This document shows positions 27,090-36,339 of a stretch of DNA of 37,519 bases, in pieces (positions within the stretch are counted from its first letter, which is position 1; each line of letters starts with the position of its first letter). The stretch spans positions 1 through 37,519 of the forward strand of contig JALWQN010000144.1 of assembly GCA_027083115.1 (NCBI GenBank). Direction: 5' to 3'. The notes beneath the pieces are model-generated. The model saw only the letters and a list, made by a program, of their open reading frames with translations. It was not told the DNA's origin and ran no database searches. Source of the stretch: Desulfurococcales archaeon. Lineage in GTDB: Archaea; Thermoproteota; Thermoprotei_A; Sulfolobales; NBVN01. Both the position numbers and the translations under genes were made by a program.

Positions 27090-27598
27090 AACCCATTAAC
27101 GGGTACGGTTTTTTTGTTGTATCTGAATCAGGGGTTTTTACTCACGTAATTATTTTCGAGTACTTAGATAAGGAGCTCCAGTACTATAACTTAATTAAGG
27201 ATGAAGACAGGAGAGCTGAAGAACTCGCAATACTGAGGGAGAACATGCAGGAGTTCCTTAATGAGGAGGAAGTTCTAATCAATGGCGAAAGATCATACAT
27301 GCGTGTTGAGGACGTTGAAGTAGGGTTTGCTGGAAACAAGCACTTACCTTACATTCAGTATATAGTTAGATTCTTAGGAAGCTTGAAGAAAGGGGTCAAT
27401 ATCTATGAGGATAGGTATTCTCCTGAAAGAACTACCTATCGATATAGTGTTGCCTGGTTATTTCCGCCCGGAACAGAAGTTCTTGAGGTCAAGTTAGGTA
27501 CTAAATCAGTAATTAAGAAAGGGCATATTCTATATGTTGAGGTTCCTAAAGGGACTTACTTGAATGGATACGAGAAAATTGTTTTTTGTTTAGCCTGA
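27086..27598 (+). CDS. Hypothetical protein, translationally coupled to the Lrp gene
   Basis: The protein is 170 aa. Its TTG start overlaps the Lrp TGA (TTGA). It has no TM helix and no motif I recognise. Its 3' end overlaps the convergent priL by 53 nt. Confidence 0.45.
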   Translation: MKPINGYGFFVVSESGVFTHVIIFEYLDKELQYYNLIKDEDRRAEELAILRENMQEFLNEEEVLINGERSYMRVEDVEVGFAGNKHLPYIQYIVRFLGSLKKGVNIYEDRYSPERTTYRYSVAWLFPPGTEVLEVKLGTKSVIKKGHILYVEVPKGTYLNGYEKIVFCLA

Positions 27599-28679
27599 AT
27601 TTCTTAAGGCCAGCTACATAGTACTGTACTGGATTAAGGGTCCCGCACTCAGCCACACAAAGACCTAAGGTCTTCATCTTCTCGCAACTATATACAAAGT
27701 ACTTCTTTCGGCTCCCCCTCATGCCGGCTAGATGCTCGATCTGATACCTAGCTATCCTTTCATTATAGTCTGGAGAGTGCTTAAAGAGCCCCAAAACATA
27801 ATCTACGGATGCACCGATGTTAAGGAGGAAAGTGGCTAAAGCAAACCTTTGATGATGTGATAGATGTTCACCCCTCAATAATGTTTCTTCAATGCTTCTT
27901 ATGCAGGGCGGGAATAGTGACTCGATAATCTTTCCTTTAACTTCTGCGGGTATTTCCTTCTCCTCGTCACTCGTGAATCCCCTAACTTCCCTAACGACGC
28001 TCCTGACCTTATTTATGCATTCGGGCAGGTACTTGCTTTCAATGTACTCTCTCCCAACTCTCTCTCCATAACTAATGATTGTTTGCTTGATTACTTCCTC
28101 CAGCAATCTAGCAGCATCTTTCTTACTTATGAAGACCTGACCCGACTTCACTACCCTATTAACAAGCTTCCATTTAGGGTCGCCACTGAGTTTGCCAGTA
28201 AGTCTTAAGTAAGTGGGTACTGAAACACTGAAGGGGTAGCACTCAACCAGTTCCACGCCTGACCTGACTTCCTTCCCTAGCACTACTCTATATCCACATC
28301 TATTGCTTTCGGTTATTAGGGGGTTGAGCTTCAGCTTCAGCTTCCTGGCTACTGAAGCAATAACGTCTTCAGTCTCAGCAATTAGTTGGGAGAACCCCCT
28401 CTTAGACTCGTAATCTGCGAACTTCCTTAGAGCCCAAGGGTCAGCTAACCTGGTGAAGAATATTGCTAAATGAAACGCAATAACTTCCTTTAGCTCATCC
28501 TTCCCAGCAACATATCCTTCGTTCCTTAAGGCCTTAATGGCTCTCTTAATGCCAAGCTCGCGGTACTCCCTTATCTCAATCAATTGCTGTAGGGATGGCG
28601 GTGTACTGAAGAGGTTCTTCAAGTAATCATCTAAAGTAATTAAGAAAGGATATCTTGAGAAGAAAGGAATCTTCCTCAA
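27546..28679 (-). CDS. priL: DNA primase large subunit PriL
   Basis: The protein is 377 aa. The C-terminal Fe-S domain has PPCIRSI, HLSHHQRFALATFLLNIG, YQIEHLAG and YSCEKMKTLGLCVAEC, which provide the four cluster cysteines. Confidence 0.9.
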   Translation of the reverse strand: MRKIPFFSRYPFLITLDDYLKNLFSTPPSLQQLIEIREYRELGIKRAIKALRNEGYVAGKDELKEVIAFHLAIFFTRLADPWALRKFADYESKRGFSQLIAETEDVIASVARKLKLKLNPLITESNRCGYRVVLGKEVRSGVELVECYPFSVSVPTYLRLTGKLSGDPKWKLVNRVVKSGQVFISKKDAARLLEEVIKQTIISYGERVGREYIESKYLPECINKVRSVVREVRGFTSDEEKEIPAEVKGKIIESLFPPCIRSIEETLLRGEHLSHHQRFALATFLLNIGASVDYVLGLFKHSPDYNERIARYQIEHLAGMRGSRKKYFVYSCEKMKTLGLCVAECGTLNPVQYYVAGLKKFRLNKKQFSRIHSSKSL

Positions 28680-28684
28680 GAAAA

Positions 28685-29137
28685 CTACCTCCCGAACTCA
28701 ACCCCCTGAATCAATCCCCTACTGGCTAGGTTCTCCGCTATCTTAACTAAGGCCTCAAAGGTTCTCTCATCCACAAGGATGTCTTCCCCCTCAGCAACTA
28801 CGGCTAGGCCCTCTAAGGGATTGATTGGAGGTTCAGGTAAGTGAGGATCTGGCTTATCTCTACCTACATAAATCCACCTCAGCTTCGTTCGTTCCTTCCC
28901 CCTAGTTTTATAAACCCTGTACCAGTACCTACCGAAGTACACGTACTTCAGCTTCCTTCCTTCAAGCAACCGGTAAACCACATGAATAGGCTTAAGGTAG
29001 TAACCACTATCCCTTATTTCTTCATTATATTTGTAGATTCTCTTCCTGTAGGGCGAGAAAATGCTCATAAGTAAATTGTATCCTCCCTTAATCCTTAACG
29101 ACTTCCTAGTTCGTCCAGGCAACCTAATCACCACCAT
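28685..29137 (-). CDS. Hypothetical basic protein upstream of priL
   Basis: The protein is 150 aa. It is Arg/Lys/Tyr-rich (KYVYFGRYWYRVYKTRGKERTKLRWIYVGR) with a Pro-rich hinge (PDPHLPEPPINP) and a short acidic/helical C-terminus. It ends 5 nt from the priL start. I recognise no family. Confidence 0.5.
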   Translation of the reverse strand: MVVIRLPGRTRKSLRIKGGYNLLMSIFSPYRKRIYKYNEEIRDSGYYLKPIHVVYRLLEGRKLKYVYFGRYWYRVYKTRGKERTKLRWIYVGRDKPDPHLPEPPINPLEGLAVVAEGEDILVDERTFEALVKIAENLASRGLIQGVEFGR

Positions 29138-29161
29138 GATTCCGTAATTGGAGATATAGCA

Positions 29162-29626
29162 CTAGATATTGTCTTTAAAGCAATTATTTGCGAACCTGAT
29201 TTTGAGGGATTTAAGGCGCGCGTAAACCTCCTTTTTGAATTCCTCTATAATATCCTCTGGCACCCCTCTCTCTGAAGCAATCCTCTTAACTTCTTCCTCA
29301 ACTATCGCGTACTTCTTGAATTTTTCGTTAAGGGCTTTCCAATCAATACCTGCTAGGGCCTTAGCCACGTCTTCCCTATATGGCAACATACCTTTAATCA
29401 TGAGTACGGATATTATTGGGTACCCAACATACCCTCTGTACTTAGTGCCATTATCTGTGCTGCAGGCTTCATTAGAATCTAAATTAACGTAGACACTATA
29501 AACTCTATCTCCCTCCGAAGATCTAACCTTAAACCACTCCTCACTAACTTGCTGGATTCTTCCATCAGCTATTGCCCCAGCAGCCTCCAAAACCTTGATT
29601 TTAGGAGGTCGTCTCAAGTAGGCCAA
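29162..29626 (-). CDS. Hypothetical protein, first gene of the priL cluster
   Basis: The protein is 154 aa. The segment YSVYVNLDSNEACSTDNGTKYRGYVGYPIISVLMIKG loosely resembles a SWIM-type fold that lacks the zinc ligands; this is speculative. The C-terminal half is helical and charged. It ends 24 nt from the next gene. Confidence 0.5.
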   Translation of the reverse strand: MAYLRRPPKIKVLEAAGAIADGRIQQVSEEWFKVRSSEGDRVYSVYVNLDSNEACSTDNGTKYRGYVGYPIISVLMIKGMLPYREDVAKALAGIDWKALNEKFKKYAIVEEEVKRIASERGVPEDIIEEFKKEVYARLKSLKIRFANNCFKDNI

Positions 29627-29720
29627 TACTTCCCATCCAGCATAATATATGCATGAAAGTTAAAAACGATTGATTAATGAATAAATTTCCTTATTAAAAA
29701 CTAGGAGAGCGGTTATTCAC

Positions 29721-30146
29721 TTACGTTTCTTTCTCTCTTATCTTATCTGCATAAGCCTGCGGGGTTAAGTAGTCTCCCTCCTTAAATCCTCCTTTAATCC
29801 TGACTTTAGCTATCCATCCTTTCCCGTATGGATCCTTATTTACTAGGTCTGGGGAATCAAGTAATTCCTCATTTGTTACCAGGACCTCGCAATCAACGGG
29901 TGAATACACATCAGCAACCGACTTAACTGATTCGAGAGTAGCTAGAGTTTCTCCCTTCTTTACTTCACTCCCTGTTTCAGGGAGCTCTACATTAACTATA
30001 TACTTAAGTTTCTTTTGGGCGTAGTCAGTTACACCAATGAACAGGGTTTCCCCTTCCTTCCTTAACCATTCATCCGTCTCGGTATAGAGAAGGCCGGCCT
30101 TAACAAGGTATTCGCCGAGTTTTGTCTTGACAATTATGTCCTCCAT
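29721..30146 (-). CDS. gcvH: Glycine cleavage system H protein
   Basis: The protein is 141 aa. The lipoyl-lysine motif ESVKSVADVYSPV is present, along with the C-terminal DPYGKGW. Confidence 0.95.
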   Translation of the reverse strand: MEDIIVKTKLGEYLVKAGLLYTETDEWLRKEGETLFIGVTDYAQKKLKYIVNVELPETGSEVKKGETLATLESVKSVADVYSPVDCEVLVTNEELLDSPDLVNKDPYGKGWIAKVRIKGGFKEGDYLTPQAYADKIREKET

Positions 30147-30159
30147 TTTCGGTCACGCA

Positions 30160-31284
30160 TTATATCATTGGGAAGTCGAGTATTTTAGCTTCATGTAATT
30201 TATTCCTGATCTCTATCTGTAGCTTGAACCCTATGTATGCATGGGTGGATTTAACGTAACCCATACCAACAGATCTCTTAAGGATGGGTGAGTAAGTGCC
30301 GCTAGTTACGTAACCTACTTCAGTACCGCCCGCAAATATTTTATTTCGATGTCTTGGTATTGTTCTGTCTCCTTTCTTCAGTTTAAAACCAACTCTAACC
30401 TTATTTACGCCTTTCTCGTAAGCCTCCATAACCTTATCGCACCCCACACAGTCCGTCTTCCCTAGAGTTAAGGGCAACCAGTATCGGGCCTCAATAGGGT
30501 TTGTGGATTCGTCCATGTCCTCACCCACAAGAAGATAACCTACCTCAAGCCTTAAGCTATCCCTAGCTATTAGGCCAGCCGGCTTAGCTCCTGCCTCAAT
30601 AGCTTTCTTAAAGATTCTTGCTCCGTGCTCCACGCTAGTCCATACTTCAAAACCATAGGACCTTACTTCCTCGCCTGTCCAACCAGACCTGCTGACTAGG
30701 GTTGCTTCCTCACCCAATACTTCAGCTTTAGGAATGAACTGAAGAATTCTTAGGTCCTTTATGTCTGAAGGGGCTCCCAATTCCTCAAGCACATCAAGAG
30801 CCTTCGGTCCCTGAATAGCTATTAATGTTGTTGTGGCGGTTACGTCATTAATCGTTACGTCATCGCTGCTGAAACCAAACCTATCCCTCAAACTCTCTAA
30901 CCATTCTCTATCGCTCACTACGTTAGGAGCATTAACTACAGCAAGCCACTCACCATCCCTTAAATAATATAGCATCACATCATCCTTAATCCCACCGTTG
31001 TCATTTAGGAGAAGTATAGGACCACTCATGAATCCCTCTCTAAACTTCCTCAGGTCCTTACTCCCAACCCTCTGAAAGAACTCATACAGCTTCTTCCCTC
31101 TAATCACGTACCTACCCATATGTGAAACATCAAACACACTGACGGATGTCCTAGTTGCCAAATGCTCCTCCATAGGATTACCGTAATCCATTGAGGTGAG
31201 CCAACCACCAAACTCTCCCAAATTACCACCAAACTGACGCTGAAGATCAATAAGCGGAACTTCCTTAGCCGTTTTTATCACCAT
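30160..31284 (-). CDS. gcvT: Glycine cleavage system aminomethyltransferase T
   Basis: The protein is 374 aa. It contains VSVFDVSHMGRYVIRG and ARDSLRLEVGY. It is adjacent to gcvH. Confidence 0.9.
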   Translation of the reverse strand: MVIKTAKEVPLIDLQRQFGGNLGEFGGWLTSMDYGNPMEEHLATRTSVSVFDVSHMGRYVIRGKKLYEFFQRVGSKDLRKFREGFMSGPILLLNDNGGIKDDVMLYYLRDGEWLAVVNAPNVVSDREWLESLRDRFGFSSDDVTINDVTATTTLIAIQGPKALDVLEELGAPSDIKDLRILQFIPKAEVLGEEATLVSRSGWTGEEVRSYGFEVWTSVEHGARIFKKAIEAGAKPAGLIARDSLRLEVGYLLVGEDMDESTNPIEARYWLPLTLGKTDCVGCDKVMEAYEKGVNKVRVGFKLKKGDRTIPRHRNKIFAGGTEVGYVTSGTYSPILKRSVGMGYVKSTHAYIGFKLQIEIRNKLHEAKILDFPMI

Positions 31285-31467
31285 ATCATTAGGTGAGGAA
31301 GGTAAATTAAATCATAGTTGATGAGTCGTCGTAACTGACTTAGGGTTTGGGTCTGAACGATACTTTTAATCACTTCTGAGCATCTTCTTTAAGAAATTAA
31401 GTAGTGGTTAAGGTGTCTTAATATAAGTGTGTAATGAAATAATTATTTTATCTTCTTCCCTAAAAAT

Positions 31468-32874
31468 GTGGTTAAGATCAAAATGCCGCATCACTGGATA
31501 CCTAATTCGTCACCTGAAATAAAGGAATCTATGATGAAGGAGTTAGGGATTAGTGACTTGATGGAGCTCTTCAGTGATATCCCTAGGGACCTAATTCTTA
31601 AGGAGGACCTGAACATCGGTTTCGGTAGGTTAAGCGAGTATGAGGTTAGGAGGCTAGTTAAGTCAATCCTTAATAAAAACAGGGTTTTTGAGGATCCTCC
31701 GCCATTCTTGGGCGGGGGTTTGTGCGCACATTATGTGCCATCGGCAGTTAAGGCTATCGTGTCGAGAACCGAGTTCTACACTGCTTACACCCCCTACCAG
31801 CCCGAGATAGCTCAAGGCATTCTTCAGGCTTTCTTTGAATACCAAAGTCTGCTGGCAGAACTGTATGGCGTAGATATTGTGAATGCTTCAATGTATAACG
31901 GAAGTACTGCAGCAGCAGAAGCCGTGAGGATGGCTGCTAGAGTTAAGAAAGGTAGAAAAACCGTTTTGATGGCTGGCTCAGCACATCCTGAAGTGAAGAA
32001 AGTGATTGCTACGTGGGTCTCTGGAATAGGTTTAAGATTGGTTGAGGTACCCTACAAGAAATCTGACGGTACTTTAGATACTGACAAATTAAGTGGGCTC
32101 CTTAGTAAGGACGTAGCAGCCCTATATGTTGAGAGCCCTAATTTCTATGGCGCCATAGAAAAGGATTTGAAGGACATTATAGAGAGGGTTCATGAGGTCG
32201 AGGGCTTAGCAATAGTTAGCTCTAATCCTCTCTCGCTCTCTTTATTTAGGCCTCCAGGAGATTTAGGGGCAGACATTGTTGTTGGGGATGCCCAGCCCTT
32301 AGGCCTTGGCTTAAACTATGGCGGCCCATCGGCAGGCATATTCGGCATTAAGGACGCTAAGGAATTTCTGAGGCAGCTTCCAGGCAGACTGATAGGTATG
32401 ACTAAAGACGTGAGGTCAGAGGATGAGGGGTTCATGATGGTTTTGCAGACCAGAGAGCAACATATTAGGAGAGAGCGAGCGACCTCAAACATAACGACAA
32501 ATTCAGGGCTGGAGGCAGTGGCTGCCGCAGTATTTGTCTCTCTCCTGGGTTCCGACGGCTTAAGGAAGTTGGGTGGAGCCATCTTAGGGAGAACTCATTA
32601 CTTGCTGGAAGGACTGAAGAAAATTGAAGGGGTTAAGGCCCCCCTCTATCCTGAAGGCATATACTTCGGTGATGTGCCAGTAGGTTTCGAGAGAATGGCA
32701 GCTAAGGAAATAATTAAGGAACTCATTAAGAAAGGAATACATATTGGGCCTCCCTTGAGCAGGTTTTATGAGGAAAGAATTCGTGAGTGTTTAATGTGTG
32801 TCTCAGAACTCCATACGAGGAAAGACATTGATCAATTACTAACTTCCTTAAGTGAGGTGATCGGTTATGCCTAG
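31468..32874 (+). CDS. gcvPA: Glycine dehydrogenase (decarboxylating) subunit 1
   Basis: The protein is 468 aa. It contains YTPYQPEIAQG and RREKATSNI-like (RRERATSNITTN) motifs. The ATG at 31483 (MPHHWIPNS) is more plausible than the GTG at 31468. Confidence 0.9.
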   Translation: MVKIKMPHHWIPNSSPEIKESMMKELGISDLMELFSDIPRDLILKEDLNIGFGRLSEYEVRRLVKSILNKNRVFEDPPPFLGGGLCAHYVPSAVKAIVSRTEFYTAYTPYQPEIAQGILQAFFEYQSLLAELYGVDIVNASMYNGSTAAAEAVRMAARVKKGRKTVLMAGSAHPEVKKVIATWVSGIGLRLVEVPYKKSDGTLDTDKLSGLLSKDVAALYVESPNFYGAIEKDLKDIIERVHEVEGLAIVSSNPLSLSLFRPPGDLGADIVVGDAQPLGLGLNYGGPSAGIFGIKDAKEFLRQLPGRLIGMTKDVRSEDEGFMMVLQTREQHIRRERATSNITTNSGLEAVAAAVFVSLLGSDGLRKLGGAILGRTHYLLEGLKKIEGVKAPLYPEGIYFGDVPVGFERMAAKEIIKELIKKGIHIGPPLSRFYEERIRECLMCVSELHTRKDIDQLLTSLSEVIGYA

Positions 32875-34393
32875 AGAATTCAGGCAAGCTAAGTGGCCAG
32901 AGCCCCTAATTTTTGAGCTCCCTAAGGGAAGGAAAGAGACCTTCAGGATTGATGACGAATTCAGGAGTGAAGCTAGGGAAGCATTAGAGAGGATTCCAGC
33001 AGAACTAGTTAGGGAATCAGGTCCAGGCATACCGAACTTAAGTGAGGTCGAGGTCATAAGGCACTACACAAGGCTTTCTCAAATGGCTTACGGTGTTGAT
33101 CAGGGGCCCGTGCCTTTAGGCTCATGTACAATGAAGTATAATCCTAAGATTGATGAGGAACTTGCTTCACTGCCTCAAGTAACCAACATACATCCTTACC
33201 AGGATGAAGACACAGTTCAAGGTATTCTAGAGATACTTTACCTGATGCAGAAGTGGCTGGCTAAAATTACCGGGGCAGATCTTTGCTCATTGCAGCCGCC
33301 TGCTGGTGCAGCCGGCGAACTTACGGGAGCCTTAATCATAAGGAAGTACCTCCATGACAAGGGGTTATTAAGTAAGGACGAAATGATTGTCCCCGAAAGC
33401 GCTCACGGCACTAACCCAGCTAGTGCCGTAATGGCAGGCTTCAAGGTCGTTAAGGTTCCTGCAGACGCTGATGGAAACACTGACTTAGATGCTCTAAAGG
33501 CTGTGGTAGGGGAGAAAACAGCAGGAATAATGCTAACTAACCCCAGCACTTTAGGCCTGTTTGAGTCAAGGATTCTCGAGATCTCTGACCTAATTCATGG
33601 TGCTGGAGGCATCCTGTATTATGATGGGGCTAACCTAAATGGGATTCTCGGTGTCTCAAGGCCAGGGGATATGGGTTTCGATATTATTCACTTAAACCTG
33701 CATAAAACGTTTGCAGCACCTCATGGTGGGGGAGGACCTGGGGCTGGAGCGGTGTGTGTAAAGAAGGAGTTAACCAATTACCTTCCAGTACCAGTAGTTG
33801 ATTATGATGGAAGTAAATACTTCCTTAATTACGATTTGTCGAGAACTATAGGCATGACCTCATGGTTTTACGGTAATGCAGTACCTATAGTGAAGTCCTT
33901 CATCTACTTAGCGATGTTAGGGCCTTCCTTAAGGGAGGTGGCCGAGATATCGGTTCTTAACACTAACTACTTAATGAGTAAGTTGGTTAAGCTACCGGGT
34001 GTCTCACTGATTTACGGTGAGGGTAGGTGGCGCAAACACGAAGTAGTGATTAGCTTTGACAGACTTCATAAGGACACAGGAGTTAGTGCTGAGGATATTG
34101 CTAAGGCCTTACTGGATAGGGGCTTTCACGCACCAACAATTTACTTCCCGCTAATAGTTCCTGAAGCACACATGATTGAACTCACTGAAACCGAAACGAA
34201 GGAAAAGATAGATGAGTTAGCTAGGGCATATGAAGAAATAGTTAATATTGCATACAGGAACCCGCAAGAGCTTAAGGAGGCACCGCGAAATACAGCCATA
34301 GGGAGGCTGGACGCTCTTTTAGGGAATCATCCCAAGACAGTCACTCCAACATATAAGTATGTGGGTAGGATAAGAAAGACAGGCAGTTCTTAA
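32867..34393 (+). CDS. gcvPB: Glycine dehydrogenase (decarboxylating) subunit 2
   Basis: The protein is 508 aa. It has the PLP-lysine motif HLNLHKTFAAPHGGGGPG and LGSCTMKYNP. It overlaps gcvPA by 8 nt. Confidence 0.95.
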   Translation: MPREFRQAKWPEPLIFELPKGRKETFRIDDEFRSEAREALERIPAELVRESGPGIPNLSEVEVIRHYTRLSQMAYGVDQGPVPLGSCTMKYNPKIDEELASLPQVTNIHPYQDEDTVQGILEILYLMQKWLAKITGADLCSLQPPAGAAGELTGALIIRKYLHDKGLLSKDEMIVPESAHGTNPASAVMAGFKVVKVPADADGNTDLDALKAVVGEKTAGIMLTNPSTLGLFESRILEISDLIHGAGGILYYDGANLNGILGVSRPGDMGFDIIHLNLHKTFAAPHGGGGPGAGAVCVKKELTNYLPVPVVDYDGSKYFLNYDLSRTIGMTSWFYGNAVPIVKSFIYLAMLGPSLREVAEISVLNTNYLMSKLVKLPGVSLIYGEGRWRKHEVVISFDRLHKDTGVSAEDIAKALLDRGFHAPTIYFPLIVPEAHMIELTETETKEKIDELARAYEEIVNIAYRNPQELKEAPRNTAIGRLDALLGNHPKTVTPTYKYVGRIRKTGSS

Positions 34394-34396
34394 TAC

Positions 34397-35551
34397 CTAG
34401 TTAACTAATTTCTTTCTCTTCATTAAGATTTCGTCAATGCAGCAGGCCGGATATGCTGGAAGCACAGTTTCTTCCCTATAGCCGGTTATTATCCTGTAAT
34501 AACCTGATAGCTCAATATCGAGTTCATAATCACCCGTATCTATAAGTAGGTACTTAATTTTAGCTAGTTTTGAGGGGGTTGCCAGAATATGTATTTTCCC
34601 CTTACCGACAGCCCTTATCACTTTAGGGCTGAGTTGCTGGTTCCCTCTACCGAAAATGTATCCTTGGGCGCCGATGATCGTTATAACTATGTGTGGGTTC
34701 CTGTATTTGCTGAATAAATCAAGAATGCCTTCCTCATCAAGGTCTTTCCCTACTAACGAGTTATTCCATAATGCGTCGACCCCGAGTAAGGTTTTCTCAA
34801 CCCCTAAGGCGTCCGCTAAGGCCTTAATTGTTGTTCCTGGGCCCAACAGATAAAGGTTGTCTGGCTTAATGTATTCGTCCCTAAAGTATTCTGCTATGGC
34901 CTTCTTAGCCTCAGAATCTGAGTAATTGCCGAAGTCTTTGGTTGGGGTAATTAATTGCTCTACTGCAGGAGCTTTAGCTAACCCATAAACCTTAACTTTC
35001 AGGAATCCCTTATTGATGGCTTCCTCATCAGCGTCCGCGACATTCGTGACTATGACCTCAGCCTTACCTTCTGCGTAAGCCCTAACCACCTCGGCAGCTG
35101 CTTCGGGGGATACGGCAAAAACACCTGAATACATTTTTACTCCTGAAGGAACACCCAAGATCGGCGTCTTGCCATCAATAACGTCAAGTATGTCTCGAGC
35201 TGTCCCGTCACCACCCACGAACACTATGAGGTCTACACCCTCCTTCATCATCTCCTTAACTACTCCGACAGTATCTTTTTTGGTGGTTCTTGGGTGTGTG
35301 GGGATTTCCAAGCACTTATGCCTAAGGTAAGTTTTAGGCATGTATTCACAGCCCATAACTCCATTAGCTACAATAAGGAATCCCTTGAAGTTCTCCTGAA
35401 GTAATCTATTAAGGAATCTTTCAGCCCTTTTAGGTGCTACTGGCTTAGCTCCCTTCCTTAAAGCAAGGAAATAAAGTTGGTCGTCAGTGCCCTTAAGTCC
35501 AACGGCCCCACCCATTCCTGCTATCGGGTTAATTAGGAAGCCTATCTTCAT
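34397..35551 (-). CDS. ATP-NAD kinase-like protein (COG3199-type)
   Basis: The protein is 384 aa. The GGDGT motif (IVFVGGDGTARDI) of the NAD kinase/DAG kinase fold is present. The N-terminus is NPIAGMGG. Confidence 0.68.
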   Translation of the reverse strand: MKIGFLINPIAGMGGAVGLKGTDDQLYFLALRKGAKPVAPKRAERFLNRLLQENFKGFLIVANGVMGCEYMPKTYLRHKCLEIPTHPRTTKKDTVGVVKEMMKEGVDLIVFVGGDGTARDILDVIDGKTPILGVPSGVKMYSGVFAVSPEAAAEVVRAYAEGKAEVIVTNVADADEEAINKGFLKVKVYGLAKAPAVEQLITPTKDFGNYSDSEAKKAIAEYFRDEYIKPDNLYLLGPGTTIKALADALGVEKTLLGVDALWNNSLVGKDLDEEGILDLFSKYRNPHIVITIIGAQGYIFGRGNQQLSPKVIRAVGKGKIHILATPSKLAKIKYLLIDTGDYELDIELSGYYRIITGYREETVLPAYPACCIDEILMKRKKLVN

Positions 35552-35733
35552 CTTTTAAGGCCTATAGGGATTAATTGTGAGTTGAAATAAGCTTCACTAC
35601 GTAATGAATGAGAATTGTTTTGGTGCGATTGCCCCCATCTCACTTTCAATAAACCCTCTCACCCTCACCCTAAGGAATAAGTGTCTAGGAATTCAAATAG
35701 AGTATTACTTGTGCTTGATGCTTAGGTGATTTA

Positions 35734-36339
35734 ATGAGGTGCCCCTACTGTGGCTCGACAAACGTTATTTGGGATGAGGAAAGGGGTGAGGTGGTTTGTA
35801 TGGATTGCGGATCAGTTATTGACCGGATTTATGTTTTGAGGGAGGATTTCAGGGTTGAGGATTCTAGGCCCTCTCGCTCTAGGGGCTCAGTAAGGCTCTC
35901 TAAGACAACGAAGGAGTTCCTTAAGTTATTGGATAGAGTTAAATCAAGTAAGAAACTTAAGGATAAGGCAGTAATCGACACAACGAATTTTTTCGATTAC
36001 GTTAATGGCAGGAGAGGAAGGGTTAAGATCATTAAGTTAAGTACTCCCTACCTCAGGAATTTAGAGAAGGATAAGGATATTTCGGTTGTTTTAGAATTAA
36101 TCAGTAAGTTCCCTAGATTAAAGTCAAGGACAGATAGGGCTAAGGTAGCATTAGCGATGCTAACTATTTCCTTAGTTAAGGGAGGAAGCATTAATGTTTC
36201 GGAAGTATCTAGAGTTACTGGGTTAAGCAGAATGCATGTCAGAAGATTGGTTAAGGAATTAAGTTCACAGAAAACCTTCATGACTGAAGTACGTAAAAAC
36301 TTAATTAGGTTCCAGCAAGCGCCTCTTCCGGCACGCTGA
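35734..36339 (+). CDS. TFIIB-type zinc-ribbon protein, truncated TFB paralogue
   Basis: The protein is 201 aa. It has an N-terminal CPYCGS-x15-CMDCGS ribbon, as in TFB. The C-terminal RTDRAKVALAMLTISLVKGGSINVSEVSRVTGLSRMHVRRLVKEL resembles the last helices and HTH of one TFB cyclin repeat. There is no second repeat. Confidence 0.65.
   Translation: MRCPYCGSTNVIWDEERGEVVCMDCGSVIDRIYVLREDFRVEDSRPSRSRGSVRLSKTTKEFLKLLDRVKSSKKLKDKAVIDTTNFFDYVNGRRGRVKIIKLSTPYLRNLEKDKDISVVLELISKFPRLKSRTDRAKVALAMLTISLVKGGSINVSEVSRVTGLSRMHVRRLVKELSSQKTFMTEVRKNLIRFQQAPLPAR

Noticed and set aside
31315-31362. Possible C/D box sRNA in the gcvT/gcvPA intergenic region (UUGAUGA, 10 nt, CUGA, 14 nt, CUGA on the + strand)
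   Set aside because: The guide length is 10 nt rather than 12 nt. There is no room for a C' box plus a second guide between the two CUGA elements. The box spacing does not fit the archaeal architecture.
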